A stretch of DNA of 64,000 bases, from positions 9,141,245 to 9,205,244 of the forward strand of contig OZ199838.1 of NCBI GenBank assembly GCA_964304625.1, given 5' to 3'. The notes beneath the pieces were generated by a model. The model ran no database searches and was not told where the DNA came from. It was given only the letters and a program-made list of their open reading frames with translations. This document shows, piece by piece, positions 50,590 through 63,780 of this stretch. The translations under genes were made by a program, and so were the position numbers. This DNA comes from Kudoa neothunni (Eukaryota > Animalia > Cnidaria). Position 1 is the first letter of the stretch. Each line of letters opens with the position of its first letter.

Positions 50590-52587
50590 TATGACAGTAT
50601 ATTTGAAAATGGATATCCAACATTTTGTATGTATTTTGAGTGTATTTTGCTTATGCAGTATTTCTGATTGTTAAATGAGAAATTTGTTTCTAATCTCTTG
50701 TTGATTTATAGCCCATAATATGAAATGTAAGAAATGCAAAAAACGCAAAAATAGTTAAAAAAATAGATTAAGTCTCAGTTAATATAACCTTTGCGTCCGA
50801 GACACTAGCCTCTCCTAAGGTAGCATTTCTTAGCGATTCCAATCCCTATCTACCTCCTAATATGTCTCTAACCCAACTGATTCTAATTATATAATTACTT
50901 TGAGACTGTGATTATGGTTAGAATAAAGTTTAATCTTAAAAGATGCTTATGTTTACATCTGCCATCATTTTTTCTAAAAACTCCTATTTTTAGGTATTAT
51001 ACGCAGTTAATTCGCCAGAACTTTCAATAATTAACTTTTCTGCATCCTTATGGGATTAATTGTAGGCTTATAATTATAAGATATCGTAAAAATAAGCCCT
51101 ACCTTATTATTATGATCTATAACAATAACCACCTACTAAAATTTAATTGTGTCATATTTTCTTTAATTTTTTTAATATGTACAATTGATTAACAACAAAA
51201 AAATGGTAATATAGATATAAACGCAAAATCAAAATGATAAAGTCCAAGCCTAGGTTTAAATCTAATTCAAGTTAAAAATTATTTCTCTTAAAGGCTAATT
51301 ATTCTCAGTATAACTCCAGCAATACAAATAAAAATCATTGATATTATATATCGAATTCTCAAAATATATCGAATTCGCTAATGATTAATAAAATCATTTA
51401 TAAACCGAAAAACTGTAAAAACATCCTTATCTAATTAATGTCAAATTACGAATTTAACTTTGAATAATGTTTTATGTTATGTTAGAGAACCTTTTTATTT
51501 ATTTTGTTGGGATTATTAATATTAAGAGAATATTTAAAAATAAATTATTCCTACTACTAAAAATATAGGTAAGTATTAATAATTAAGTCACAAAAACACA
51601 TAAATTATTATTTTTTTGATATTTTTAACCATTTTTTAATTCCTATGTAATGACTCGATATTTGAATCTGACAATGAATTATTATATTTATTAATAGTTA
51701 TAACCAGTTTTTTAATTTAAATTTAATATTAGGCGATATTTTAATAAGCATTTAAATTATTTTGTTAAAAACGTGATAACTACCTTAAAATTATTTTTTA
51801 GATTAATTTAAATAACTTAGCAGTCCCGCTTTTTCTTTATAGATTTTTCAATGAAAACCATTCGATTAATAATGAAAAAAAGTAGTTATTAACAAAAACG
51901 GGAATGGTGCATTATTATAAAGTTTGGTGGCATTCTAGTAAAGATATGATATATTTTATATAAAAATTTGCTCTAAATAACGTTCAATATCCAAACTAGC
52001 ATAAATTTTCTCTCCCATGCCAATTGCTTAATTGAATTCTAGCTATGCACCAACCCGACTACTATTCTGACCAACATAAGACTGAAAAAATTGCACAACT
52101 TCCCTCACCTCAAAACGCCTTATATTCCCAAAATTTATTTTTATTATAAGAGTTTCTACAGATATATGAGATCACGATCATCAAAGGATTAAATGCTGGG
52201 GATCTTACAAAATATTATCTAGTATGGGTCTGAGGGTAAAATATTTTTCACCTAATGATATGAATACCAAGTGAAAATGACTACGTTTTGGGAGTTGAAA
52301 TTAAAATTATATCCATTCCTTCACTTAATTACTATTTTTATATACATTCACTTAATCAAGTTATTAATCTCAAAAATAGTTCTCTTCAAATGAAAACTTC
52401 AAAAAATCGTAGAGATTCCCACTGATAAAATTGAGTTGTTGAGAACAATCTATAATACTTAATATCAAGGGAGTTTTATTTAAAAATGGCAAACCAAATA
52501 AGGATGTAATGGTTCAAAATTTTTCCATCAATAAAATTTCAAATTAAAAGGAATTAAAGTAACATAAACTTGCAAAACTAACAAGTT

Positions 52588-54520
52588 TTATGGATATCTT
52601 TCAATAATCATAGCATGCCCCTAAGGATAAATGATGAGAATTGGACTTTTACAAAATAAATACAAGCCCACCAGCAGCACATGCCGAAATAATCGCATAT
52701 CGAGGAGAATTGGGATCAATCGAATGTTCGTAAATAAGACGATTGGCGGCCATTGTTAATAATCTTGAACCGGTAGCCCCAAAAGGATGACCTAACGATA
52801 AACTACCTCCCCATTTGTTTACTTTATCCATTGGTAGAGATCCAATGGCATGCTCTAGTCCAATATGATTTTTGCAAAAATAATCGGATCCTAGAGCAGC
52901 GGACACTGCCAAGACTTGTCCGGCAAAAGCCTCATGTAATTCCACTACACTTATATCGTTCCATGTCAGCCGGTTTTTAATCATTAATTTTGAAATAGCA
53001 TATGCTGGTCTATACAGGAAATTGGCGTCAGTGTAATCAAAATATTGAAAATCACCCAATCAAAAGTTGATCAATAGGGTCTTGAGCGGTATAAATATAA
53101 TCTCTATAAAATGAATTCAACATAAACACAGTCATTAACAATCGTACCTAATATACGCTTTAGGTTGCAGTGTTAACTCGAGAGCTTTATTTTTTGACAT
53201 AATCAATGAAACAGAAGCTCCATCAGTCTAATCGAGATATAGATAACAGAAATTTAACTCGAAATGACTACAAGAGGAGAAGAATTTCCAGAAGTAATAG
53301 TACCATAATCTTTAATGAATTTCGGCTTTAAAGCGCTAAGTTCATCGATAGTTGTAGTACGAATAGTATTATCATTTTTTATTATTCCATTATCGGTCAT
53401 CACAGGAACAATATCACAAAGATGATTGTTCTATGTCGAAAATAACTTTTAAGTAAATTAAATCAACCGGAAAAATACATTTTTGGCTTTCTCTGCAGCT
53501 GTAAAACTGCTCAAAGCATATTCATCTTGCTGCTGTCTACTTATTTCAAACGTACTACAAAGTCGATCCGCACTATGTCCCAGTGATTCGTTTGAAGTGA
53601 ATTCAGATAATGATGGTGTCTACCAAATCCGTAGTATCGCTACATACATAAACAACTCGTTTTTACATCTATTCCAATATCCTTAATATTCGGAAGGGAC
53701 ACAGCATTTTTGTAATCATTCAGAGTTTTTGCCTAATTCAAAAATTACACACAATACCACAAAGTAAGGGCAACCAATTTTAATTTGACGAATAGTTGGC
53801 GTAGTGATTTTGATATTTTGATAGGAGGATCCGACAAACTGTCTACACCACCAGTTATAACAACGCCAGCTTGTCCAAGCTTTATCATATTAACTCCTTA
53901 AAGTAAGTTGGTTGAAAGAACATATTTTGCACTGCTAACAAAAAAACAATACCGGTGGTTATTGCTTGATTTGAAGATATACATGCCATAGATATAGTGT
54001 GTGCAGGAACATGGTCCGGTAGACCCGCCACAAGTTTCGACTACAATTATAAATTACTCATTAAAGATGGGATAATATTAATATAATTACCACTCTAGCT
54101 ACATTATGGGTGTTTATATCTTGCACTACTGTTCCCATAGTTACGTAATCGATGTGTTCTAAATATTTAGAGTAAGCTAGCCTAATGACAGATTGGAAGT
54201 AAATCAAACTTTTATCAATCCCCACTCTATCCATGAGTCCCTTAATTGCAATAGCTCCCAATTGATGAGGTTTTATTTCACTTAGACTACACAAATAAGT
54301 CAAATCTAATAGTAACAATTAAAAAAAGGAATATACTTTGTGCCACTTTTACAAAATGGGGTTCGGACACCATCAACAAAAACCACATCGCTCACAGAAG
54401 ACATATGCCTTTGCAATGCTAAATTCAAAATTTACAATTTTATTCTTATTCAAGGCTGCCCATACATATATTGGAGATAAATTTGAATTTATTAATCCTG
54501 TGAAGTTGGTTAACCATCAT
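52588..54520 (-). CDS. HADHB: Mitochondrial trifunctional enzyme beta subunit (3-ketoacyl-CoA thiolase), multi-exon
   Basis: [45 protein letters not shown] and SACAAGGL|[10 protein letters not shown]. Basic N-terminal presequence. Confidence 0.95.
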
Positions 54521-54899
54521 CGTTTCAGAGAAAAGAGAACAACTCAAATCTAGAGGTCCCCTGTAAACCGACAAGTGACGAGCATCCAGGACTTGGCCAC
54601 ATTTTAACCTCTGCTATATGGTAGGCCCAGCAAAAATTTGTCCAAATGGAAATCAAATATTTTGACGTATTCTAGGTTGGTTTATGAATTCGATTGATTC
54701 ATAATAGGACGAATTATGTTAAACCGCTCATAGTCATGTTTAAACCCCACTGAAGGGGAGGCGGGGCTAAAACTTTAGTTCGTTTCATAAGAATCTTTAT
54801 GGATTTTCTAGGTTTATTTGGTTATTTTAAAAGTAATATTTTAAACGATAAATAATTATTTTGTAATAAATTTAGAGTCATAATTTTTACTTTTAAATA

Positions 54900-56733
54900 A
54901 TTTGACGCATATGATGATATATTGCCAGATTTCAATTTTCAAAAAGATTTTGTTCCACTAAATATAGAAAATGGATTAGAGATATCTACCACAAATTTAT
55001 ATGCCGTTCAGCAAAATTCCGGTTTCAAAACCGATATTGAAGAAATTCAAAAATATATTGGTGTCTTGATTATCATGGGCATAGTTAAAATGCCTAGATA
55101 TAGGCGTTACTGGACAAAACTCTTGCAATATCCCATTGTCACTGAATGTTTTTCGAGAAATCGCTTTGAGGCAATGTCGAAATATTTACACTTCGTAAAT
55201 AATAATAACATTGCAACCGACCCAAACTCTCCCAAATATAACAAAGTTGCAAAAATTCGCCCTTTATTAAATTCGGTCAGAGAAGCCTGCCTGAAAGTAG
55301 AATGTGAGAGGAATAATTCTATAGATGAGAAAATTATTCCTTTTAAAGGAAAATGTAAGGCTAAGCAATACATTCCGAAAAAACCGACAAAATAGGGTTT
55401 CAAAATGTTTGCCAGATGTGGTGTTAGTGGTTTGGTATACGATTTTCACCTCTATGATGGAAATAAACCAAATGTGCGTAGAAGTTGTGGACTTACATCC
55501 GGTGATTTTGTTGTAAGCTTTGTGAAAGTTTGCCTGCAGACAGTAACCACTATGTTTATTTTGACAATTGGTTTACTTCTATTCCACTCCAAATTTTTCT
55601 AAAGAAAAGAAATATTTTTTCGGTTGGAATGATACGCTCAAATAGAGTGAAAGGATCTTCATTGATGGCCGACAAAGAGCTCAAGAAATTAGGACGCGGC
55701 TCATATGACTATGTGGGAGATTCTAAAAACGGTATATATTTTACACGTTGGTTTGATAGCTCTGTTGTCACTCTCTCTTCTACCCATTCCTCAGTTGAGC
55801 CTGTTTCATTGACAAGAAGATTTGACCGATTCAAGAAAAGAATAATAGAGGTAACTTGTCCAGCAGTTGTCAACGAATATAATAAAAACATGGGAGGGGT
55901 TGACCTCTCTGATATGTTGATGTCGCTTTATGTTATGCAACATAAATGCAAGAAATATTATCATCGAATTTTCTTCTGGTGCTTGAGCACGTCAATAATC
56001 AATTCTTGGATATTATACTGACGAAATTGCGCTGTTAGAAATGTACCGAATAGGAATATTTTAGATTTGTTAGATTTTTCATTAAGTATATGTGAAAATC
56101 TTATATATTACAAAAAAATCGCCCTTACAAAAAAAGAGGAGGACCATCTAAAACCCTCCTTGAAACCGAAGGTAATGATTCCAGTACAACAAAAGTGCAG
56201 CTTACCGACCAAATCAGGTTTGATGACGTAGGTCACTATCCTGAGATACGTACCGACAGGTCTAGGTGTCGCGTTTGTCAGATGAAAACTAGAATATGTT
56301 GTATGAAATGCAACTCATACTGTTGTTTAACCGCTGAGAGAAATTGTTTTTTTTCAATATCATAAAGAAAAAAATGTATAATTATTTAAATCAATAAAAT
56401 ATGTTGTTTCATGCGCGCGCGCACTTCTATTACTACTTCCTTATATTCCCATTGTCCCATATATAGAACAGTTGAAAAATTAAGCATATATTCCAAAAAA
56501 GTAATTTAGCTTGTTTAATGTAACACAAGGTCCGAACCTGGGTTCTTTGCATTAAAAGGCGGTGGTGCCATACCGCACTGCTCTCGATCGCACATCTATA
56601 GGTTATAGGTTGGTGGATTATAACCCTTATATAATCCACTTGTTACATTTAAAAATAATTAAAATTGAGAAAGCAAACATAATTAATGTAGAATAATAAT
56701 TTTCAGATCGAAAAAAAATTGGGAGCGAAAGGG
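54900..56733 (+). mobile_element. piggyBac (PGBD3-like) with pseudogenised transposase; left end uncertain
   Basis: SIDEKIIPFKG..QYIPKKPTK*GFK, YFDNWFTS, YNKNMGGVDLSD and a C-terminal Cys-rich domain. Right end GGG|TTAA at 56731-56737. Confidence 0.9.
56519..56647 (-). mobile_element. 129-bp solo-LTR-like element carrying a tRNA-derived Pol III promoter
   Basis: TGTAACA...TGTTACA termini and 5-bp TSD TTTAA. Perfect 10-bp hairpin stem (56613-56622 / 56630-56639). Minus-strand CAGTGCGGTATGGCA..CTTTTAA..GGTTCGGACC is tRNA-Lys(UUU)-like. Confidence 0.7.
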
Positions 56734-56737
56734 TTAA

Positions 56738-59700
56738 CAAAAATAAAGGAACCTCAACCGAGAATACCTCGAATCATTACAAAATGGAATCCAAAGTCTG
56801 CGAAATGTTGGAAAAGCTCACAAATAGAATCGCCACTTTGGAGTCAGAAATACAACATAATAAAAAGAACGATGGTACCGGACCCGACGAAAGGAGACGT
56901 TTCAAGTGCAACAGAAAAGGACACATTCAATGCAGATGTCCTTTAAACTTCAGGAGGTCGCCCCCTCAGGCAAGTCGGGTACGACCTCCTCTACATTAAC
57001 CTGCCAACTATTTACGTTGCTGTTACTTAACTGTTATGTTAATGGTCATTATTGTGTGTTTTTATTGGATATTGATGCCGATATATCATTGATAAATAAA
57101 CACTTGTGTAATAGTATGAGAGTAGATGCATGCAACGTTATCCTAAAATGTATCAATAACTCAATGTTAAAAATTAATAAGAAAGTTTATGTTGATATCC
57201 AAATCGGTATACCAAATTCAACCACCCTTTCCTTGTTGGAAATGACCCACCATATGATGGCATGCTGGGATTTGATTTCATGGCTATAAACAATGTAATT
57301 ATCGACGTTGGAAAAAGATTGATTTATGTTAATACAATACCAACTGAAATAGCAAACACAAAAACAAAACAAGATGTCTCACATAACAATTACACAACTG
57401 TCAGTGAAATTTTCAAAAAACATACAGGTTTATTCACGGACAAATTATCGAAATCAATTACACGAATTACGATCGAGCATCGTATCAACACAGGAAATAC
57501 TTTGCCGATAAAGCTGACTTGTAGAGACTGCCGATTTCGTTAAAGAAGGAAGTACATGATCAAATACCCGAAACGATAACCATTGGAATAATTCGGAAAA
57601 GCAACAGCCCATGGGCATCACCTATAGTCATGGTAAAAAGAAAAACGGAACGCACCGAATTTGCGCTGGCTATAGAAAATTAAATGCGGAAACGAAAAAA
57701 GACTGATACCCTATCCCAAGAATCGATGAGGTATTGGAGTTATTAAAAGGATCATCAATCTTTACCGCGCTGGATATGACATCAGGATATTGGCAAATAC
57801 CTGTTGCTGAAGAGGATAAAGTGAAAACAGCGTTCATAACACCGTATGGACTGTTTGAGTTTAATGTCATGCCGTTTGGCCTTTGCAACTCATCGGCAAC
57901 GTTTTAGAGACTCATGGAGCGTATTCTACGGGAATTTATAAACAAAACGTGTATCGTTTATTTGGACGATATTTCAATATTTTCAAAAAATCTGGAACAA
58001 CATTCGCAAGATATCAACGAGATCCTAAACATATTCGAAGATTATGGCCTATAGCTATCCAAAGGAAAATGCAAATTTAACCAGGAAAAAATCAAATACT
58101 TGGAACATATTCTGTCAAAAGATGGAATTGAAGTGGACAAGAGCGAAATAAAGACCATTGGAAACTATCCCGTACTGAGGTGTAGGAAAGAACTACAGGA
58201 GATTTATTGACGGATGCTCACCGATATGTGCATAACTTTACAATTTAACCCCTCCATGCCTATTGTGCGGTATACTGAACATTAACTTCTCCTTTGTCTA
58301 GAATGAACATTTAACTATTTTTTCGCATTCGTTACAAACACATAATTTTAACTCAATTGGATGTATAAAAATCGTTATTATATTTTTTAAGAAACTTTCT
58401 GTATAATAAATTGCATTAACAGTGTTTAATTCTTCCTATCACGTTCTTCCTTAAAGTAATGTATTAATTCGTGTACCAAATTATATTATTTTTTGGATCC
58501 AAAATTTATACAATTACAAAATGTTGTTGCTAATTAAATTTTCCTCTTTAAATTTTAAGAAACATTATTATTTGAAATGATACGATTTTAAGTCTTGTCA
58601 GTAAACTGAACAACAGGAATACGTGGACCTATTCTTGGACAATCGCAATGGATTACGACATATCCGAACCGGATACATATTCTAAAGATGATACAACATT
58701 TACATCATCAATAATGAACGAATTCTCAGATGCGAAAGAATGTTCATCATCCGATGAATTTGTCGCTGAAATTGACACTAACCTTTAATGGAAGAAACAA
58801 GATATCAGTTCAAATTTACCAGAGGAATTGTGCAACATAAACGACGAATTTGAAAAGTTAGATCATTTAATTCACCCCATCGATTATTTCAACCAATTTG
58901 TTGACGATGATTCGATTGAATTAATTTTAAACAAATCAAATCGATGCTATTGGTCCAACCATTTCAATTATCCCCTATTTCAGATGTCCTTTCTAGAGAC
59001 AGATTTGAACAACTCTCGAAATTTTTACATTTTAATAATAATGATAATGCAACTAATGATCATTCTTCCCAAACGTTTGATCAGTTTGTCAAAATTAGAA
59101 CTTTTTTAGAGCACTTGAGGCAAGTATTTTTAAAAATCACTCCAGAGAGCATAAATTCAGTCGACGAACAAATGATTCCCTTTAAGGGGTTAGTGTCGGG
59201 AAAAACAGTATATATCAAATAAACCGACCAAATGGGGCTTCAAGGTTTTTGCTAGATGTGGAATAATGCATGATTTCAATTTTTATGATGGAAAATCGTC
59301 CCGTTGTACAAGAAAGCTGTGGTTTGGTTTCCGGAGATTTTGTAATAAAATTATGTGAACAACTTCCAAACAATAGGATGTATCTATCGTATTTCGACAA
59401 CTGGTTCACATCATTCCGGATGCAATTTATATTGAAAAAAAGGGGAATATATTGGGTGGGGACTATTAGAAATAAAAGAATTAAAGGATGTCCCTTACTC
59501 GGTAAAATGATTTAATGAAAAAAATGACGTGGCTCATTTGATGTTGCTCAAAACTCTAATGATGCATTAGCATTAACTTGATGATATGATAGCTTCGTTA
59601 TGACTTTATCATCCACTCACTCTGGTAGTGAACCTCTAACAACTGTAAATAGATATGATAGGCGATATAAAAACGCGATAAAGTCGAGTGTCCAGATGTT

Positions 59701-61514
59701 GTATCGGAATATAACAAAAACATGGGTGGTGTTGATTTGTTCGATATGCTAATGTCATTATATAGGTTAAATCATAAATGTAAAAAATTTTACATGCGGA
59801 TATTTTTTGGGCCATCAACACCGCGATCACTAATTCGTGGTTATTCTATCGGAGGAAAAATTCCATGAATAATGTAAACAAGAGTAAATTTCTCGATTTG
59901 CTTTCATTCACATATTCAATCTGTGAATCATTATTGTATAAAAACCAAACATCAATACAAACTCGAAAACGTGGTCGTCCCATTAATGATTGTAATTCGC
60001 AAAACATAATGGAATCTACTATATCAAAATGAAAGGGAAATACTCTTTTACCAGATCATATTAGATATGATAGTGTGGGCCGTTTTCCATAAGTAGTATC
60101 TACGCCATGTAGATGCAGAAGTTGTGGAAGAAACACAAATAATTTGCTTAAAATGTGGCGCTCCTTGTTGTCTTGTAAAAGGTAGAAATCGTTTTAATGT
60201 GTACCATAATACTTAAAATTATTGTTTTATTGATAACTTTGGCTGTTACTGTTATAATAATTCGATTTCTTTTTTGCGCATTTTCTTTACCACAAAGTCC
60301 CATTGTTCAATCTACTGAACAAAACTTACAACTTTAAAATATTAGCCCAACAAAATTTTTATTTATTTAGTATTAGAAGAATGTATAGTATTAACAAAAA
60401 ATTTAGGAATAAATAAAAATTCAGTCACGAAAAGGTTAATAGAGAAAAACGCAGAATTCAATTGGACTGATGATTGTATCAAAAGTTTTAAAGAATTAAA
60501 AAAAAGACTGACGATGTCACCCATCCTCTCCTATCCTAACTTTGCCAAATGGTTTATTTTAACAACAGACGCTTCGGATACAACTATCGGTGCTATATTG
60601 AGTCAGGATAAAGATGGTGAGGCGGGGGTAATTGCATACTATAGTAGAATCTTGGCACCGGCAGAAAGGAAATATTCAGTGTTCGAGAAAGAAGTTTTGA
60701 CTATTGTTTCAGCAATTAAAGAATTTCGACATTACCTGTACGGTTGTAGATTCGAAGTGAAAACAGATCACAACCCCTTATGTTTCCTCCAAAATCTAAA
60801 GGATAGCCACGGAAGAGTAGCTAGATGGTTGATATTCTTACAGGAATATGATTATGAAGCAGGCTACAAACAAGAGAGTCTAAACCAAAACGCGGATGCA
60901 TTATCTCGCATCACCTTCATGATGAATACAATCAACGAGAGTAGTGAAATTAAACGGTTACATCAAAATTATGAGAACGACGACTTTGCTATGGACCTAC
61001 TAAACAAAATCAAAACAGCGGATAATGGAATACACATAAAAAGGGAATCATTCTACAATGTACAGCTATAAACTAAAAGTTAATAATGATAAAGTTCGGT
61101 TGCTGGATTCAAGAAAGCACGTCTCAAAATTTGGTCCAACGTGGACCGGTCCATATACAGTCTTGAAAGTTAAAGGAATCATAATCGATATAGAGGACCT
61201 TTGTAAACAAATTACACGAGTGCATAGAAATAAACTAAAACAATTTATTTCGACTACACAGAATTGGAAAAACTTTGAAACCAAATCAGTAATGCCACAC
61301 GACGAGAAACCGTTTTCCTTGAATGGGGAGGAGATGGATCACCTAAAGATAAAGCTAAGAGAATCGGAAAATATGACGAGTACAGATCAGGGTAGTAGTC
61401 CGACAGAAGCACCACCAAATGGAGAAAACCAACCATTGGAACCAAGTAAGCAAATATTGCCTAAATGGTTAGATAACTTTACAACGTAATAAAAGGGGGA
61501 GAGGTGCTACGTAT
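56738..61514 (+). mobile_element. Decayed Ty3/Gypsy LTR retrotransposon, interrupted by piggyBac at 58249-60435
   Basis: Gag knuckle remnant FKCNRKGHIQCRC, protease LLDIDADISLI, RT (LDMTSGYWQ, MPFGLCN, VYLDD) and RNase H (TDASD..YSVFEKE..TDHNPL). Integrase core deleted. Polypurine tract 61491-61504 followed by TG. Confidence 0.92.
58249..60435 (+). mobile_element. piggyBac (PGBD3-like) nested in the Gypsy RT/RNase H junction
   Basis: TTAA at 58245-58248 and 60436-60439. SVDEQMIPFKG, YFDNWFTS and YNKNMGGVDL. Removing it restores Gypsy LYNLIEKNAEFNWTDDC. Confidence 0.93.
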
Positions 61515-62210
61515 GGTAATCTCCGCGCGGCGGTTTTGGATGACCGAATAACCTCGAATAACAATGGGGTATATTTTGGCGTATCGTAGTCTCTCTGCAA
61601 TGCAACACTTGGGTACAATTACGGGACACTCTTCTCAAACAATTACTAACTATTGTCACTATCTTCGCCGGCTGGTAGAAGATAGTTTAGACTTTGAGGA
61701 CATAGTTATTGGAGGAGAAAATATAATTGTAGAAATTGATGAGTCCGAATTTGGCAAGGTGAAACATAACGGAGAACATGGCGTTAACGAAGCATGAGTT
61801 CTTAGAGGTGTAGAAAGGACATCAGAGCGAAAGATGTTTTTGGTGTTGGCTCCTGACAGAACTGCCGAGACTCTTATCCAACGAATAAAAACGTACGTTC
61901 ACCCTAGCTCGATTATTATAACCGATTGCTTCAAAAGTTATGGGACGCTACATAATTTCTATATTCAACTCACTGTAAATCACGGTATAGAATATGTGGA
62001 TAGTACCACGGGGGCACATACAAACACTATTGATGGAACCTGGGGTGCTATCAAATATAAAATATCACGGAGGAACAGGACATCTTCAGTTAATAAAGAT
62101 GGTTCTGTGAGTATGTATGGGAACAATGAATTTTTTGGTGAATTTCAATAGAGAAGAAAAAACAATCACGATTTATGGGGTGGCATTATATCTTCATTAA
62201 AAAAATCGGA
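61515..62210 (+). pseudogene. Merlin (ISXO2-like) transposase remnant
   Basis: IGGENIIVEIDES, IITDCFKSY, TVNH..YVD..TGAHTNTIDGTW. Internal stop at about 61795. Confidence 0.85.
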
Positions 62211-62229
62211 AGGTTCGCCGGTACCGAAA

Positions 62230-63780
62230 TGTCTGACATATCTGTGATAATATCGAAAAGGAATAAAGAAATGATTTTATATATAATTATGATTCAAGAA
62301 CAAAAAAGGGACTTAGTTGGAGATGCCGTAACCGAGGATGTTGCGATAGAATCTATACATGTATTGAGAAAAAGAACGTGATTGATGAGATTAGTCACAC
62401 TCACGAAAATCATAAAAATGAGATTACCAATTTGAAAATTCGCGAAAAGATCAGACATCAAGCGATTACTACTCCATTACCACCTTCTGGTATCATCATC
62501 AAGCCCTTCGAAAATGAAAACCTGGATGAGATTAAAATTATCAACAAATACGAAAGTATCTCCGATTCAATAACTAAAATTAGGCGGCAAATGGGTATTA
62601 AACATATCTCTAAATATGACGATATTCCAGAAAATTTCAAGAAAACACTCTCTGGTCAGCAGTTTTTGTATTTCGATAGTGGTGTTGGCTCTATTGATAG
62701 AATCTTAGTATTTTACCATCCTAAAATAATCGAATTTTCGAATAAATCTTTGGTATAGTATGGTGATGGTACTTTATGGATTATGCCCCGAGACTTTTAC
62801 CAACTTTTTACATTACGCGCTCAAATAGGAGCACATGTATCACCGATAGTTTTTTGCTTGATGCAAAACAAAAATTATGAAACATATTCTACTTTTTTCA
62901 AAATGATTTATGATAAAGTTGGCCCCTATGAACCCAAATACTTTTTTTGTGATTTTGAAGTAGAAATTAGGAAATCGTTTAATGAGGTTTTTAAGAAAAT
63001 TGAAATTAAGCACTGCCATTTCCACTTCGCCCAAACAATATGGAGAAAAATACAAAATGTAGACCTGGTAAGTCTTTATAAGCAATCGAAGATCCTAAAA
63101 TCCTACATTGAATCAATAATATTATTATGCTACGTTCCAGAATGTGATGTTGTCAGGATCTACGAACTCTTAAAGGATACATTCAAAAATAAACTATGTG
63201 GTATTAAAATTGATGAATTCGATAAATTTTTAGAAAAGGAGTATATTTACACAAAAATTAATACAAGCATTGGATTGGTATCGTACGCGAAATTTTGGTC
63301 TGTATATTACCCTGTTCTTGGGGGGTATGGTTCCACAAATAATGCACTAGAACAGGGGTTCCCAACTGGGGGTGCCCGCACCTTAGGGGGTACGAACTTT
63401 GGTTTCAGGCAGTGCGAGATCCGATCAAAATTGAAAATAATTTTTGATAAATTTTAAGTCAGTTACACCTTATCGTATGCAAAGGGGTGCGAGTCCAGTT
63501 TCAGTTGGGAAGCGCTGCACTAGAAGCTTGGCACGGTTCACTGAAAAGAAAGACTCGCTCGGCGCATCTTAATCTAGGCAAATTCATAACGCTGTTACAA
63601 AAAGAAGTGAGGGAAACGCAAATAAAAACGAATAATCCAAGAAGTATTACAAATTTATCCGGTAGAAAATGTCTAATAAGCGAAATTGTTAGAAATTACA
63701 ATTTATATGATGGGCTTTCATACCTTGAAAGTTTAAGCATGTATTTTGGATTTAATTTGGACCAAAAAATATCAATTTAA
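62230..63780 (+). pseudogene. FLYWCH-MULE transposase, disrupted
   Basis: WRCRNRGC..HTH (FLYWCH-like), YGDGT..FYQLFTL, FCDFE, HCHFHFAQ and TNNALE|AWH split by a MITE. Confidence 0.88.
63353..63517. mobile_element. 165-bp hAT MITE inserted in the MULE transposase
   Basis: TIRs CAGGGGTTCCCAACTG / CAGCGCTTCCCAACTG (rc). Perfect 8-bp TSD CACTAGAA. Confidence 0.93.

Noticed and set aside
54590-54620. TTAA at 54604 as the left end of the first piggyBac, with Gag continuing across it
   Set aside because: Poor TIR match, an in-frame stop just upstream, and the flank is more simply the HADHB promoter.
61515-62428. GGTAATCTC / GAGATTACC as Merlin TIRs
   Set aside because: Only 9 bp, no TSD, and the right copy lies inside continuous MULE coding sequence.
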